Part shown: positions 29,611 to 39,620 of the stretch, piece after piece
How the letters are laid out: each line of letters begins with the position of its first letter
Position numbering within the stretch: the stretch's first letter is position 1
Source: Promethearchaeota archaeon
GTDB taxonomy: Archaea; Asgardarchaeota; Lokiarchaeia; Sigyniarchaeales; SOKP01
Direction: 5' to 3'
Assembly: GCA_019058365.1 (NCBI GenBank)
Contig: JAHPZE010000014.1
Coordinates: 32,001 to 96,000, forward strand
Length of the DNA: 64,000 nt
The notes under the pieces: model-generated
Seen by the model: the letters and a program-made list of their open reading frames with translations, nothing else
Database searches by the model: none
What the model was told of the DNA's origin: nothing
Made by a program: the position numbers and the translations under genes

Positions 29611-31260
29611 TTAGATTTTTTTTATCTCTGGAATCAGGAGTATAAAATTACTGCCTTTTGAATAATCCCCTTTAATTCTATCCTCAACCCATATTTTTCC
29701 ATTATAACTCATAATGACTTTTTTCACAAGAGATAACCCTAAACCAATCCCTTTGAAATTGTGGTCTCTAATAGTTTCTCTTTGAAAGATTTTTTCTTTC
29801 CAAGTATCAATAATTCCTACACCATTATCTTTGAATTCCATTTTAATGTAATCAGCATCTGATTTGTGGTCTCTCGTTATCTTAATATTAATTTCTGAAA
29901 TTAAGCTTGAGGAATGTCTTATAGCATTAATAAGTATATTCTCAAAAACATCCCTAATGAACTCATTTGCTTGAACGTATATTTGCTTACTAAATGAGTC
30001 GATTCTGATGTTTATTTCTTTATTTTTAAAAGTTAATTTAATATAATTCACTACATCATCTAAAATATTATAGATCTCAATTTGATTAAGAGATTTTTCA
30101 TCAGTATCAATCTGAGAAATCTTACGAATATTAGAAACTAGTTTTCTTCCCCTAATAATCTGAGTTTCAATAAGATTCAAATAAGATCTTACCTCATTCG
30201 GATTATCAAGTATCATATTACAAAGTTCCATCCCTGATAGTAAATTCTGTAAAATGTTATTTATATCATGAGTAAAAAGATCCTTGTAGAAATCTACCCT
30301 CTGATAAGCTTTTCGATAATCATTTTCTGATTCTTTTAATTCAGCGGTTCTTATATTTACCTTTTGCTTTAAAATAAAACTTATAAAAATAAATATTAAG
30401 ACAAGACCAGCTGAGCTTAGAATTACAGGTAATACCCATTCTGGGATAATTATCAAACTTTCTTGTTTCCCAAAGAAATATTTACTTAATAATTCATAAT
30501 AGATAGATCCTGAATCTCTTTTTAAAAGAACTAAATGGGCATCAATCCTTTCAATTAAGTATTGACTTATACTTGAATTTTTAGGAAAGGCAAACTTTAG
30601 GCTGCACGGATTAAATATTATTGAAGTTTTATAGATATCATAATCATCTGAATATAAAATTCCAAATAATCTATTGACCACTCCTGCATCAGCACTACCA
30701 GCATCTAAAGCCTCAAAAACATTTTGATAATTAGCATATTCTACAAATGTACAGTTGATATTAAACCTCTTAGTAAGGTTCATTATCCCTTCTGAACCGA
30801 TAGTATGAATACTTCCAGACATAACTGCTATTGTTTTATTATGTAAATCAAAAAGTGATTCAATATTAGATCCTTCTTTTATATACACAACACCCCAATT
30901 TGTGAAAACTTCTTCTTGGTTAAAATCATAAATCTCTGCTCTTTCATTTGAGAAGGCAACATCGACCATAACATCTAATTCATTATTTTCTAATCGATCT
31001 AAACATTGAGTCCAGTTACCATCTACATATTCCAGTTCCCATCCTTCTTGTGTCGCTATATATTCTAAAAGATCGGGAAATAGCCCGATATGGTTTTTAT
31101 TTTCATCTGTGTATACTTTAGGAGGGTTTTCATATGATCCTACGCGAATATGCATAGGGTCTCCAATAGATTTTTGAAAAAAAAGAGATATGAAAATTAT
31201 TGAGATTGAACTTATGGAGAGGACAAACAGAAGAAAAATATTCCATTTTTTTAGTATAAT
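29611..31260 (-). CDS. Sensor histidine kinase with extracellular solute-binding (family 3/PBPb) domain
   Basis: PBPb (ENPPK...GLFPDLL...W.QCL..L...ELDV), TM, H-box THDINN, N-box ENILINAIRH, DNGVGI, GIGLGL. The frame stays open upstream of ATG 31155 through a hydrophobic signal segment to ATT/ATA at 31260/31257. Confidence 0.88.
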   Translation of the reverse strand: MILKKWNIFLLFVLSISSISIIFISLFFQKSIGDPMHIRVGSYENPPKVYTDENKNHIGLFPDLLEYIATQEGWELEYVDGNWTQCLDRLENNELDVMVDVAFSNERAEIYDFNQEEVFTNWGVVYIKEGSNIESLFDLHNKTIAVMSGSIHTIGSEGIMNLTKRFNINCTFVEYANYQNVFEALDAGSADAGVVNRLFGILYSDDYDIYKTSIIFNPCSLKFAFPKNSSISQYLIERIDAHLVLLKRDSGSIYYELLSKYFFGKQESLIIIPEWVLPVILSSAGLVLIFIFISFILKQKVNIRTAELKESENDYRKAYQRVDFYKDLFTHDINNILQNLLSGMELCNMILDNPNEVRSYLNLIETQIIRGRKLVSNIRKISQIDTDEKSLNQIEIYNILDDVVNYIKLTFKNKEINIRIDSFSKQIYVQANEFIRDVFENILINAIRHSSSLISEINIKITRDHKSDADYIKMEFKDNGVGIIDTWKEKIFQRETIRDHNFKGIGLGLSLVKKVIMSYNGKIWVEDRIKGDYSKGSNFILLIPEIKKI

Positions 31261-31581
31261 ATTCCCCTCTCTTAAAATTCTTTATGTTTTAAATGAGCGC
31301 TCATAGACTTGAACATTATACAAAAATAATAGAAAAAGTTCCTTAATTTAAATGTTTTCATTACGAGAAATTAAAGGATTTAAAGATCTATAACAAAAAT
31401 AGATTCAAAGGAGAGTGAATAAAAAAAATTATCGAGAAAGTATAAGTATTAGTGGAAATTTTAGGAAAAGTATGTGAAAAAAAGAGTATTAAAATTAGAA
31501 AGGATTCGAGTATTTTTGTATTTAATATTTTTTAAGATGATTTAATTTAATTAAATGATTATTAGTAATTAATATATAAAG

Positions 31582-31685
31582 AGCCCAGTGGTCTAGTTGG
31601 ATAGGGCGCTGGCTTGCGGAGCCAGATATCGGGGGTTCAAACTATTATAAAATTCTTATTAAAGGAAAAAATCCCCCCTGGGCTA
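31582..31685 (+). tRNA. tRNA-Arg(GCG) with 30-nt intron in the T-loop (most likely 58/59; intron about 31641-31670)
   Basis: Acceptor stem AGCCCAG/CTGGGCT-A. Anticodon arm CTGGC-TTGCGGA-GCCAG. T-arm GGGGG-TTCAA[intron]AT-CCCCC. Confidence 0.92.
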
Positions 31686-31722
31686 CTAATCTTCAAATTC
31701 TTTGTTTACTAATGAATACATT

Positions 31723-32493
31723 CTATTCTATCAAATCTAAGATTTCTGAAATATTTCTGATCTTTCTTAGATTTGATGCATCAATTTCCCTTTCAAAGGG
31801 GAATTTATATTTTCTTTCAAATAATATTGATGGTAAGTTGGCTCTTTGAGCACCAATGATATCCGCATATTCATCTCCACACACAATAACCGTATTAGGT
31901 TGATCTTCCAATCCCATCTTCCTGAGTGCATAATGGAAGATATCTGGGTCGGGCTTTCTCTTTCCATATTTGGCAGATGTGATTACAACGTCAAAATATT
32001 TTAATAAATGATGCTTTTTTAGCATATTTTTTATTGTTTTATGATTTGGGTGATTTGAGATTAAAGCAATTTTCACCCCTTTAATAAATAATTCTTCTAA
32101 TGTCTCTTTAGTATTTTCAAAAGGTTCCCATTCATCCTCCTCACATGAATGATAAAGTTCAGCTAATTCATTATATGCAGATTCTGTTAAGTTATTTAAA
32201 TTATTAATTATTTCTTCCTCCTTAAGCGATTCCAAAACATTTTGGAAAATTAAGGATGTTGGAAACTCCATTTTTGTTTTGATACTTTTTCTAAAGAACT
32301 GCTCTCTTTTTTTACTAAATGTCTTTATGAAAGCTTCATTTGTTAAGTTTTCATTCCAAACCTGATTTTCTTTTAATATTTCAATAGATTTTAGTAATCC
32401 TTTTTTAAAGCATTCATAGTATCTCTCTACGGAAGGATTATCAAAATAAAATAACGTAAAACCAAAATCAAAAATAACTCCTTTAATTATCAT
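31723..32493 (-). CDS. HAD-family hydrolase
   Basis: FDFGFTL, LISN, RKPDPDIF, CGDEYADIIGA. Confidence 0.9.
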   Translation of the reverse strand: MIIKGVIFDFGFTLFYFDNPSVERYYECFKKGLLKSIEILKENQVWNENLTNEAFIKTFSKKREQFFRKSIKTKMEFPTSLIFQNVLESLKEEEIINNLNNLTESAYNELAELYHSCEEDEWEPFENTKETLEELFIKGVKIALISNHPNHKTIKNMLKKHHLLKYFDVVITSAKYGKRKPDPDIFHYALRKMGLEDQPNTVIVCGDEYADIIGAQRANLPSILFERKYKFPFEREIDASNLRKIRNISEILDLIE

Positions 32494-32620
32494 CGTGTCA
32501 ATAATAATAAATATTGATTCTCAATTTTAATTTAACCAAATTATAATGTAAGTATGACATCTTTCGTTTCTGTTAAATCCTTAATAAAAAACAAATTATT
32601 AACATAGGCATTTAATACTA

Positions 32621-33166
32621 GTGAGAAGTAAAATGTCAATTGATAAATGGCTTTCTGAAAAAGATAATAAAGAAGAAAGAATGAAAAGAGAAGCCGCATT
32701 TAAGCGTCTTTCAAAGGATGAAGTTGAAGAGTTAAAAAAAAAGAAAATTCGAGATATGGTTAAAAAAGAGAGTAAAAAAGCCAGTAAAATTTCAGAGGAA
32801 GATAAGTTTTTAAATAAAGTGATTGAATTTAAGGATTGGTTAAATAAAAGAACTTATTTAAAAGGAGATATTGATAAAATAGAAACATGGATAAAAAATT
32901 TGTATTCAACAGTAGATTATCAAATTGAGCAAAATGAAAAATTAATTGATAATGATGAAAAAAGAGAATTAATTAAAAAATACAAAGAAATTCCATCTAA
33001 ACTTCTGGATGAGAAAACAAGAGTCGCAATAAATAAGAAGATTTATGGTACAAAAAGAACAAATTCAGATAATTACTATTTAAAAAAATTAAAAAGCCTT
33101 ATTCAAGAAAACCTAAAAGAAGGAGAATATTACAAGATTTTGGATATGATATTCAAAAAATTCTAA
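32621..33166 (+). CDS. Hypothetical charged helical protein
   Basis: Long ORF rich in Lys/Glu. Probable start MSIDKWL. Confidence 0.65.
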   Translation: MRSKMSIDKWLSEKDNKEERMKREAAFKRLSKDEVEELKKKKIRDMVKKESKKASKISEEDKFLNKVIEFKDWLNKRTYLKGDIDKIETWIKNLYSTVDYQIEQNEKLIDNDEKRELIKKYKEIPSKLLDEKTRVAINKKIYGTKRTNSDNYYLKKLKSLIQENLKEGEYYKILDMIFKKF

Positions 33167-33254
33167 TAATGTCAGCAATTTTCAAAATACTTTTTATTTT
33201 ATCGATTTTTATATTTTTTATATTAAGAATTCGACACTTTTTTGAATCTAATAA

Positions 33255-34343
33255 ATGTGGCTTATCTGTCCTATTGCTGGCGTGGGTAGAAGATTACAAC
33301 CTTTTACATATTCTAAGCCAAAGGCGTTTTTGAAAATAGCAGGAAAAAGATTAATTGATCATATTCTGATAAAATTGAAAAACTCGTTTCCTAAAGGAAT
33401 TAATATTTGTTTTATAGTTGGTTATAAAAAACGACAAATAACAGAATATCTTAAAAATAATCATTCAGATTATTTTAATCTCCACTTTATCGAGCAAGAA
33501 CCATTAGGATATGAGGCAGATACGCCATTCTTTAGTGGTCTTGGAGATGCTATTTTATTAGCCAAAAATCTTGCTAAAAATGATGATTGTTTCATATTTT
33601 TGAGCGATAGACTTCCTATCGAAGATTACTCACAAATCTTATTGAATTTTCATCAAGATATTTGTGATGGGGTTGTAAATGTTAAATACGTAGAAAATCC
33701 GCAATTTTACGGTGTAATTGAATTAGATGAAAATGGAACTGTAAAAACTATCGTTGAAAAGCCAAAACATCCTAAATCGAATTATGCGGTATCAGGAGCA
33801 TATTTTTTTGGGATGAGTATGACAAACCGACTATTTGAATTATTAGAAGAACAAAGTAAAATTCCACTAGAAAATGGACAAGAGCATCACATAACACCAA
33901 TCATTCAACAATTGATCGAAGAAGGCTTTAAATTGAAAATAAATGAAATGAAAGGAGATATTTTAGACTTTGGTCGACCCGAAACGTTAATCGCGGGAAA
34001 TCGTCTATTACTAGCAGAAACTAAAGTACAAGATCCCACATATGAAAAATTATTTCAATCAGGTGATATTGTTGATTCAAAAATCGTTCCACCCGTTTTT
34101 ATTGGAAAAAATGCTAAAATTGCTGATTCAGTTATAGGTCCAAATGTCTCTATTGGAGATGATGTTGTTTTAGAGAAATGCATTTTATCTGAATCGGTAA
34201 TAGGTGATGGAGCAAATTTGAAAAAAATCATATCATCAGAGAGTATTGTGGGAGATTATTCAATATTAGAAGATTTAATCAAGAAAAGCATTACAATAGG
34301 AGATTCTTCTTATATCACTACGTCTAATATGAAATCATTTTAA
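33255..34343 (+). CDS. Sugar-phosphate nucleotidyltransferase with C-terminal left-handed beta-helix (G1P thymidylyltransferase-like)
   Basis: AGVGRRLQPFTYSKPK, GLGDAI, VEKP, DFGRPE, hexapeptide tail. Confidence 0.9.
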   Translation: MWLICPIAGVGRRLQPFTYSKPKAFLKIAGKRLIDHILIKLKNSFPKGINICFIVGYKKRQITEYLKNNHSDYFNLHFIEQEPLGYEADTPFFSGLGDAILLAKNLAKNDDCFIFLSDRLPIEDYSQILLNFHQDICDGVVNVKYVENPQFYGVIELDENGTVKTIVEKPKHPKSNYAVSGAYFFGMSMTNRLFELLEEQSKIPLENGQEHHITPIIQQLIEEGFKLKINEMKGDILDFGRPETLIAGNRLLLAETKVQDPTYEKLFQSGDIVDSKIVPPVFIGKNAKIADSVIGPNVSIGDDVVLEKCILSESVIGDGANLKKIISSESIVGDYSILEDLIKKSITIGDSSYITTSNMKSF

Positions 34344-34378
34344 TTCTCTCCAAAAAAAAAAAATTGATTTAAAAAAAA

Positions 34379-35806
34379 TTATTCAAATTTAGGTCTTTTT
34401 TCTTGCCAAGGAGCAATTTCTTCAAAAGCTTTTGATACTTGGAGTACTGTTAAGTCATCAAATCGTTTTCCAACTATTTGCATACCAATTGGCAATCCTT
34501 CACTAGACCATCCACATGGAATTGAAGCTGCAGGAAGTCCCGTTAAATTGAAAGCTGCTGTAAATGGCATCCATGCTGTTGGTGAAACAATTTTTCCATC
34601 AATTTTTGTTGGAAAAGAAATTCCTAATTCAAATGCGGGTAATCCTGTCGTTGGAGTTAGCAATATATCGTATTTTTTAAAGTATTGATAAAACTGTTCA
34701 AACATAATTTTTCTACGATCCATTGATCTTGCAAAATCTAGTCCAGTGGCTTGTCCTCCGGCTTCAACTGCCTTTACAAGATCGGGATGCATTTTATCTC
34801 TCCATTCCTTTAATTTAGATCCTAAATCATATCCAAATAAAACAGTATGATAAGTTAAAAGCATACGTTCCGGATTTCTAATCTTAAATTTTGTAGGTTC
34901 AACAGTCCATCCAAATTCCTCAAAATTTTGCACCGAATCCAAGAAATTCTTTTTAACTTTTGAATCAATTACTTTGGCAAATCCTAAATCTAAAGAATAT
35001 CCTATCTTCAATTGTTTTGGTTTTTCATTAAGTTTTTCTGAATAATTAACATTTTGATCTGGTAAAGAATATATATCTCCATAATGGGGTCCCTTTAACG
35101 CATCCAACATTAAAGCAGCATCCTTTACATATCTTACTATTGGTCCATAATGGATTAATGTTTCAAAATGCACTCCATGTGTTGGATAGACAGGAACTCT
35201 TCCAAAACTGGGTTTAATCCCATAAATTCCACAAAAGCATGATGGGATTCTAATCGAACCCCCTCCATCAGCTCCTAAAGCGAGATATCCTAATCCAGAA
35301 GCAATAGATGCTGCCGCTCCTCCACTTGATCCACCAGAAGTTCTTTCTAAATTCCATGGATTATGAGTTTCTCCAAAAATTAAATTATTAGTTACAGCTA
35401 TAAATCCGAATGGGCTCATGTTTGTTTTTCCTAGAATTACAGCACCAGCACGTTTTAATCTTTCTACACATGCATCATCTTCTTCAGCTATGTTGTTCTC
35501 ATATAATTTTGAACCGAGAGTCGTTCTTATTCCTTTAATTGGCATTTCATCTTTAATTGAAGTGGGTATACCATGCAATGATCCTAATTTTTCTCCTTTT
35601 TTAACTGCCTCATCTGCATTCTTGGCAATTTCTCTAGCCCACTCAAATGTAGGTGTGCAATAAGCGTTTATTAATGGATTGATCTTTTCAATTCTTTCTA
35701 TAACAATCTCCGTAACTTCTTGAGATGTTAATTCTTGACTTTTAATTTTTTCAGCAATATCACAAGCTGACATAAAACTAATATCTTCTTTATTCATTTT
35801 CACCAA
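34379..35806 (-). CDS. Amidase signature family enzyme
   Basis: LHGIPTSIKD, GGSSGG, GADGGGSIRIP. Confidence 0.93.
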   Translation of the reverse strand: MVKMNKEDISFMSACDIAEKIKSQELTSQEVTEIVIERIEKINPLINAYCTPTFEWAREIAKNADEAVKKGEKLGSLHGIPTSIKDEMPIKGIRTTLGSKLYENNIAEEDDACVERLKRAGAVILGKTNMSPFGFIAVTNNLIFGETHNPWNLERTSGGSSGGAAASIASGLGYLALGADGGGSIRIPSCFCGIYGIKPSFGRVPVYPTHGVHFETLIHYGPIVRYVKDAALMLDALKGPHYGDIYSLPDQNVNYSEKLNEKPKQLKIGYSLDLGFAKVIDSKVKKNFLDSVQNFEEFGWTVEPTKFKIRNPERMLLTYHTVLFGYDLGSKLKEWRDKMHPDLVKAVEAGGQATGLDFARSMDRRKIMFEQFYQYFKKYDILLTPTTGLPAFELGISFPTKIDGKIVSPTAWMPFTAAFNLTGLPAASIPCGWSSEGLPIGMQIVGKRFDDLTVLQVSKAFEEIAPWQEKRPKFE

Positions 35807-35942
35807 TTATTTAATTATTTTTAATAGAGTAAAATGGGATATTAACTAATATAAAAATTACTCTTTAAAATGTTAAATAGAATCTAAAAAAGTTAAAAAG
35901 TGTTAGATCAAGTTAAGGACGAAAATGATTATATTCGTTGTT

Positions 35943-36353
35943 TTAAAATTTAAAATCAGACTGCCATTTTTTATATCCCATTTGCCATAATTTCAATCGA
36001 GGTTTATTCACTTTATTATCCACTTCAATTCCAGGTTTAGGATTACTCATTATTTCACGATACCGAGAATAATATTCTTCCGAACTCGGATTCCCTTTAA
36101 TTAGTTCCAATATAGCTTTTTCAGTAAAATATAATATTAAATCTGGTTTAATATTTGGATTGTCTTTTGTCATTTCTAATTTTTTCTCTTGTATTTTATA
36201 TAAAAAATAATGGAGTTTGAAATTTTCTTCATTAGTAGAATTTGTAGAAATAAAATATTCCCAACATGCGTCTATATTAAGATGTCTCATTATATCCAAA
36301 TTAGTTGGAAAATAACTCTTCAATCTTGCATATAATTCTTCAGCATCCATCAT
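35943..36353 (-). CDS. SCP2 (sterol carrier protein 2)-like protein
   Basis: YKIQEKKLEM....PDLILYFTEKAILELIKG resembles the SCP2 core. Confidence 0.5.
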   Translation of the reverse strand: MMDAEELYARLKSYFPTNLDIMRHLNIDACWEYFISTNSTNEENFKLHYFLYKIQEKKLEMTKDNPNIKPDLILYFTEKAILELIKGNPSSEEYYSRYREIMSNPKPGIEVDNKVNKPRLKLWQMGYKKWQSDFKF

Positions 36354-36362
36354 TCATTTGAA

Positions 36363-37856
36363 CTACTTTACTTTTTCTAAATTAATTGGAGTCCCATCAT
36401 AAATGTATTTGCCATACACTAATTCTTGAGGATAATATTTGCAACCTGCCGGATAAGCAGAATCTTTAATTCCTCCTAATGAAACGGTAATATCAATAAG
36501 CATGGGTCTTGCATTAATATAAATATTTGCTGCTTCTAACTCATTCTTAAAAATCTCGATACTTTTCAAATTTGATGTGTAAACAACTGCCCTCATGCCA
36601 TAATTACTCGCATTTGCTAACCGTATAGCATCTTTTAGGTCATTAGCTTTAGTAATAGAGCGGACGGGCCCAAATGCCTCCTCTTTCCATAGAAATGGAG
36701 CCTTAGATAAATCACCACACAATTCTGGTTTAATTTCGACAAGAGTTGGTGTGTAAAACAACCCATAATCCTCACCCGTATCGATTTTTTCACCTCCTGT
36801 AAATATTTTGGCATCATATTTTTTTGCGTCCTCTACCATTACCTCCATCATCATCAAGATTCTCCTACTCCCTAAAGGACCAATATCTACGTCTGGATCA
36901 GTTGGATCTCCATATTTTAACTTTTGGATTTCTTTTATTAGACATTCTAAGTATTCATCATAAATATCTTTATGAACAATAATTCTTTTCATTGAAAAGC
37001 ATTGTTGTCCAGAATTAGTGTAACTAGCTATAACATTCCATTTTGCTACTTTTTCTAAATTTACGTCATCCATTACTATACCCGCATCGTTACCGGCACA
37101 TTCGAAAAAAAAGTTTTTAAATGGTTGAGTATACATGGGAACTCCCATCGACCTATCGACGGTTTTTTTCAAAAATCCACCATAACGAGCTAAGATATCT
37201 TTTGCTGTATGAGATGAAGTGATTGTCATCAAAGTTTTAATCATGGGTGATTTAATGAATTCATCTACTGCCCATTCTCCAGGAGCAATAGCTAAATCTA
37301 AAGCTTCAAGAGCTGGTAAATCCATTTCTTCCATTATTGCATAAGCTTCTATCATTGTCAATGGACATGCTGTAGAGGGTTTTACGATAGCTCCGTTTCC
37401 TACTAAATAATTTGCACCTAATTGATAGAGAGGAAGACTTAAAGGAGTATTACGAGGAGAAATGCATGCTGCTAAACCATGCGGGATGTACCTGATTTTA
37501 ACGAGTTGTTCTCCTTCTATACTTGTTAATGGTTTTTCTTCTAGGAATTGATAATACCAATCACAAAATTTAAAACCATTCATTACAATATTTAATTCCC
37601 ATTCAGAATACTTAATTGGTAACCCGCCTTCTGCCACAACCAAATCCTTTAATTCGGATTTCTTAAAGCGTAATTTAGTAGCAAATTTAGAAAGAAGTTG
37701 AGATCGCTCAAAAAAATCCATCTCTTTTAGTAAATGTTGATTTTTATTTATTTTCTTTATTTTTGCCCGAACTGTTTCTGGTGTGTCTGCAGGAATAGTT
37801 CTTATAAGTTCACCAGTGTATTTATTTTTTATTTCTAATTCTTGTAATTTTGACAT
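36363..37856 (-). CDS. Aldehyde dehydrogenase family protein
   Basis: ISPRNTP, VKPS, E-CAGND, NSGQQC, EEAFGP, NASNYG. Confidence 0.9.
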   Translation of the reverse strand: MSKLQELEIKNKYTGELIRTIPADTPETVRAKIKKINKNQHLLKEMDFFERSQLLSKFATKLRFKKSELKDLVVAEGGLPIKYSEWELNIVMNGFKFCDWYYQFLEEKPLTSIEGEQLVKIRYIPHGLAACISPRNTPLSLPLYQLGANYLVGNGAIVKPSTACPLTMIEAYAIMEEMDLPALEALDLAIAPGEWAVDEFIKSPMIKTLMTITSSHTAKDILARYGGFLKKTVDRSMGVPMYTQPFKNFFFECAGNDAGIVMDDVNLEKVAKWNVIASYTNSGQQCFSMKRIIVHKDIYDEYLECLIKEIQKLKYGDPTDPDVDIGPLGSRRILMMMEVMVEDAKKYDAKIFTGGEKIDTGEDYGLFYTPTLVEIKPELCGDLSKAPFLWKEEAFGPVRSITKANDLKDAIRLANASNYGMRAVVYTSNLKSIEIFKNELEAANIYINARPMLIDITVSLGGIKDSAYPAGCKYYPQELVYGKYIYDGTPINLEKVK

Positions 37857-37908
37857 AATTCTTAATAAGCTTTTTTCAATTTCAAATATAGAATATAAAG
37901 ATCAAACC

Positions 37909-38379
37909 TTATTTCTCGTCGTCATCTTTGAGGATACCGGCGGTTTGAGCAAACCTACCATAACCCATATCAATTAAAGTTTGTGTTCTTTTGTGCAGTA
38001 TAAAATCAATCCATCCATTTTTCTCGTTTGGATCATTATAAAAAGATCCTAAAAGTTGTGCATATTCTAGCTTCGTTTTTGTTTGGATTAATTTTTCTAC
38101 GGCATCTAATGAGAGTGCTAGTTCTAAATCTGAATCAATAGCACTCCCTGGTTTTATTTCAATCCCATTTCCATTTCGATAGACATTAAAAATATCTATA
38201 GGAGCTCTCTTATCATATGCTTCAATCGAAGGATAAAGGGCAAAATCAAAATCTGATCCACTAATTAGATCAGAAAAAATTTCAGGATATTTTGCTAAAA
38301 AAGTGGTGTATTTTTTTGTAATTTTTGTCTTGTAATCTTCTTTATCTATAATTTTACTTGTCATTTCTTCTTCCAGCAT
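37909..38379 (-). CDS. SCP2-like protein
   Basis: IEIKPGSAIDSDLELALSLDAVEKLI resembles the SCP2 core and parallels 35943-36353. Confidence 0.45.
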   Translation of the reverse strand: MLEEEMTSKIIDKEDYKTKITKKYTTFLAKYPEIFSDLISGSDFDFALYPSIEAYDKRAPIDIFNVYRNGNGIEIKPGSAIDSDLELALSLDAVEKLIQTKTKLEYAQLLGSFYNDPNEKNGWIDFILHKRTQTLIDMGYGRFAQTAGILKDDDEK

Positions 38380-38397
38380 TTCCTTAAAACACTCTTC

Positions 38398-39393
38398 CTA
38401 ATTTTTTTCTTTTTCTATATATTCTTTATACCATTTTATCGTCTCTACTAATCCGTCTCTTAAGGGTGTAATCTTATAACCTAATTTTTCAATTGCTTTT
38501 TCAGAGGAATATGACCAATTATGATTAATCATTTTAACGGTTGATCTATTGGTATATGGCATTGTTTTAGTCAATTTTGTTTTTAATTCACATAATGAGG
38601 CATATAATTTAGCGAAACTCATTGGAAAATGGCGTGGATTTTTTTTATTTCCTGCTATTTCAGCAATTAAATCTAACCAATCCTTAAATTTGATATTAAT
38701 TCCCCCAAGAATGAAATCTTCACCTTTTAAGTCATTTCGATCAATAACACTTACAACTCCATCAACAATATCATTCACATATACAAAATTTCCGATATTA
38801 TCTCCTTTTCCAGGGCATCCTAAGAACTTCCTTGCCGTAATGTCTAAAATAATTTGACCAAATATATTAAAATCTCTAGGACCGTAGACTATTCCAGGGT
38901 AAAATATAGTTACATTAAGATCTTTGTTAATAAAATCTTTTATTAGTTTTTTGGCTTGAAATTTTGTCTTTGCATAATCAAGATATAATCCATCCTCACA
39001 CTCATAGGTTTCATCCACAGGATCAATCGGAGTTCCCCCCAAAGCAATAAAAGAACTGATATAGATAAGGCGAATATTTTTTTCTAAAGCTATTTGAGCA
39101 ATATTTTCAGTGCCTTTTACATTAATATCCTCGATAATTGATTTATCTTTTGCCCACATTCTGGTATAAGCTGCTAGATGATATATTAAGTCAATACTTT
39201 CTGCAGCTTTGTAAAGAATCTCAATATCTCGAATATCACCATAAAAATATTCAATGTTTTTTAATCCTTCAAATGGAGTTATATCACTACTCTCTCTTAC
39301 TAATAACTTCAAGTTATGTCCTAAACTTTGCAGTTTCCTTACTAAAGGTACTCCAATAAAACCCGTGCCACCAGTTATTAATACATTTGCCAT
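38398..39393 (-). CDS. Extended SDR / NAD-dependent epimerase-dehydratase (HpnA/3-beta-HSD-like)
   Basis: TGGTGFIG, HLAA, YAKTK, PGIVYGP. Confidence 0.9.
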   Translation of the reverse strand: MANVLITGGTGFIGVPLVRKLQSLGHNLKLLVRESSDITPFEGLKNIEYFYGDIRDIEILYKAAESIDLIYHLAAYTRMWAKDKSIIEDINVKGTENIAQIALEKNIRLIYISSFIALGGTPIDPVDETYECEDGLYLDYAKTKFQAKKLIKDFINKDLNVTIFYPGIVYGPRDFNIFGQIILDITARKFLGCPGKGDNIGNFVYVNDIVDGVVSVIDRNDLKGEDFILGGINIKFKDWLDLIAEIAGNKKNPRHFPMSFAKLYASLCELKTKLTKTMPYTNRSTVKMINHNWSYSSEKAIEKLGYKITPLRDGLVETIKWYKEYIEKEKN

Positions 39394-39620
39394 AACAAGA
39401 ATATTAATGTATCATAAAGAAATTTTAAATTATTAAAAGGTTACATCGTATTAAAGTAAGATCTTAGAGATGTTCGAGATTTACATCTTTTAATATTAGG
39501 AAACCTCGGAATCAATATTAATGTTTTTTCTTGTTGATTTCAGAACATATTTATTAAAGAACTTCAATTATAATATGTTAGATCTTCCAAAATTTTAACT
39601 AAATAGATATTGATTATAGA

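Noticed and set aside
22787-31685. Integrated mobile element at tRNA-Arg
   Set aside because: No integrase or transposase, no duplicated tRNA end found by eye, and the genes lie on the 5' side of the tRNA.
34379-35806. GatA (Glu-tRNA amidotransferase subunit A)
   Set aside because: No gatB/gatC adjacent and only generic amidase motifs, so it was left as an amidase.
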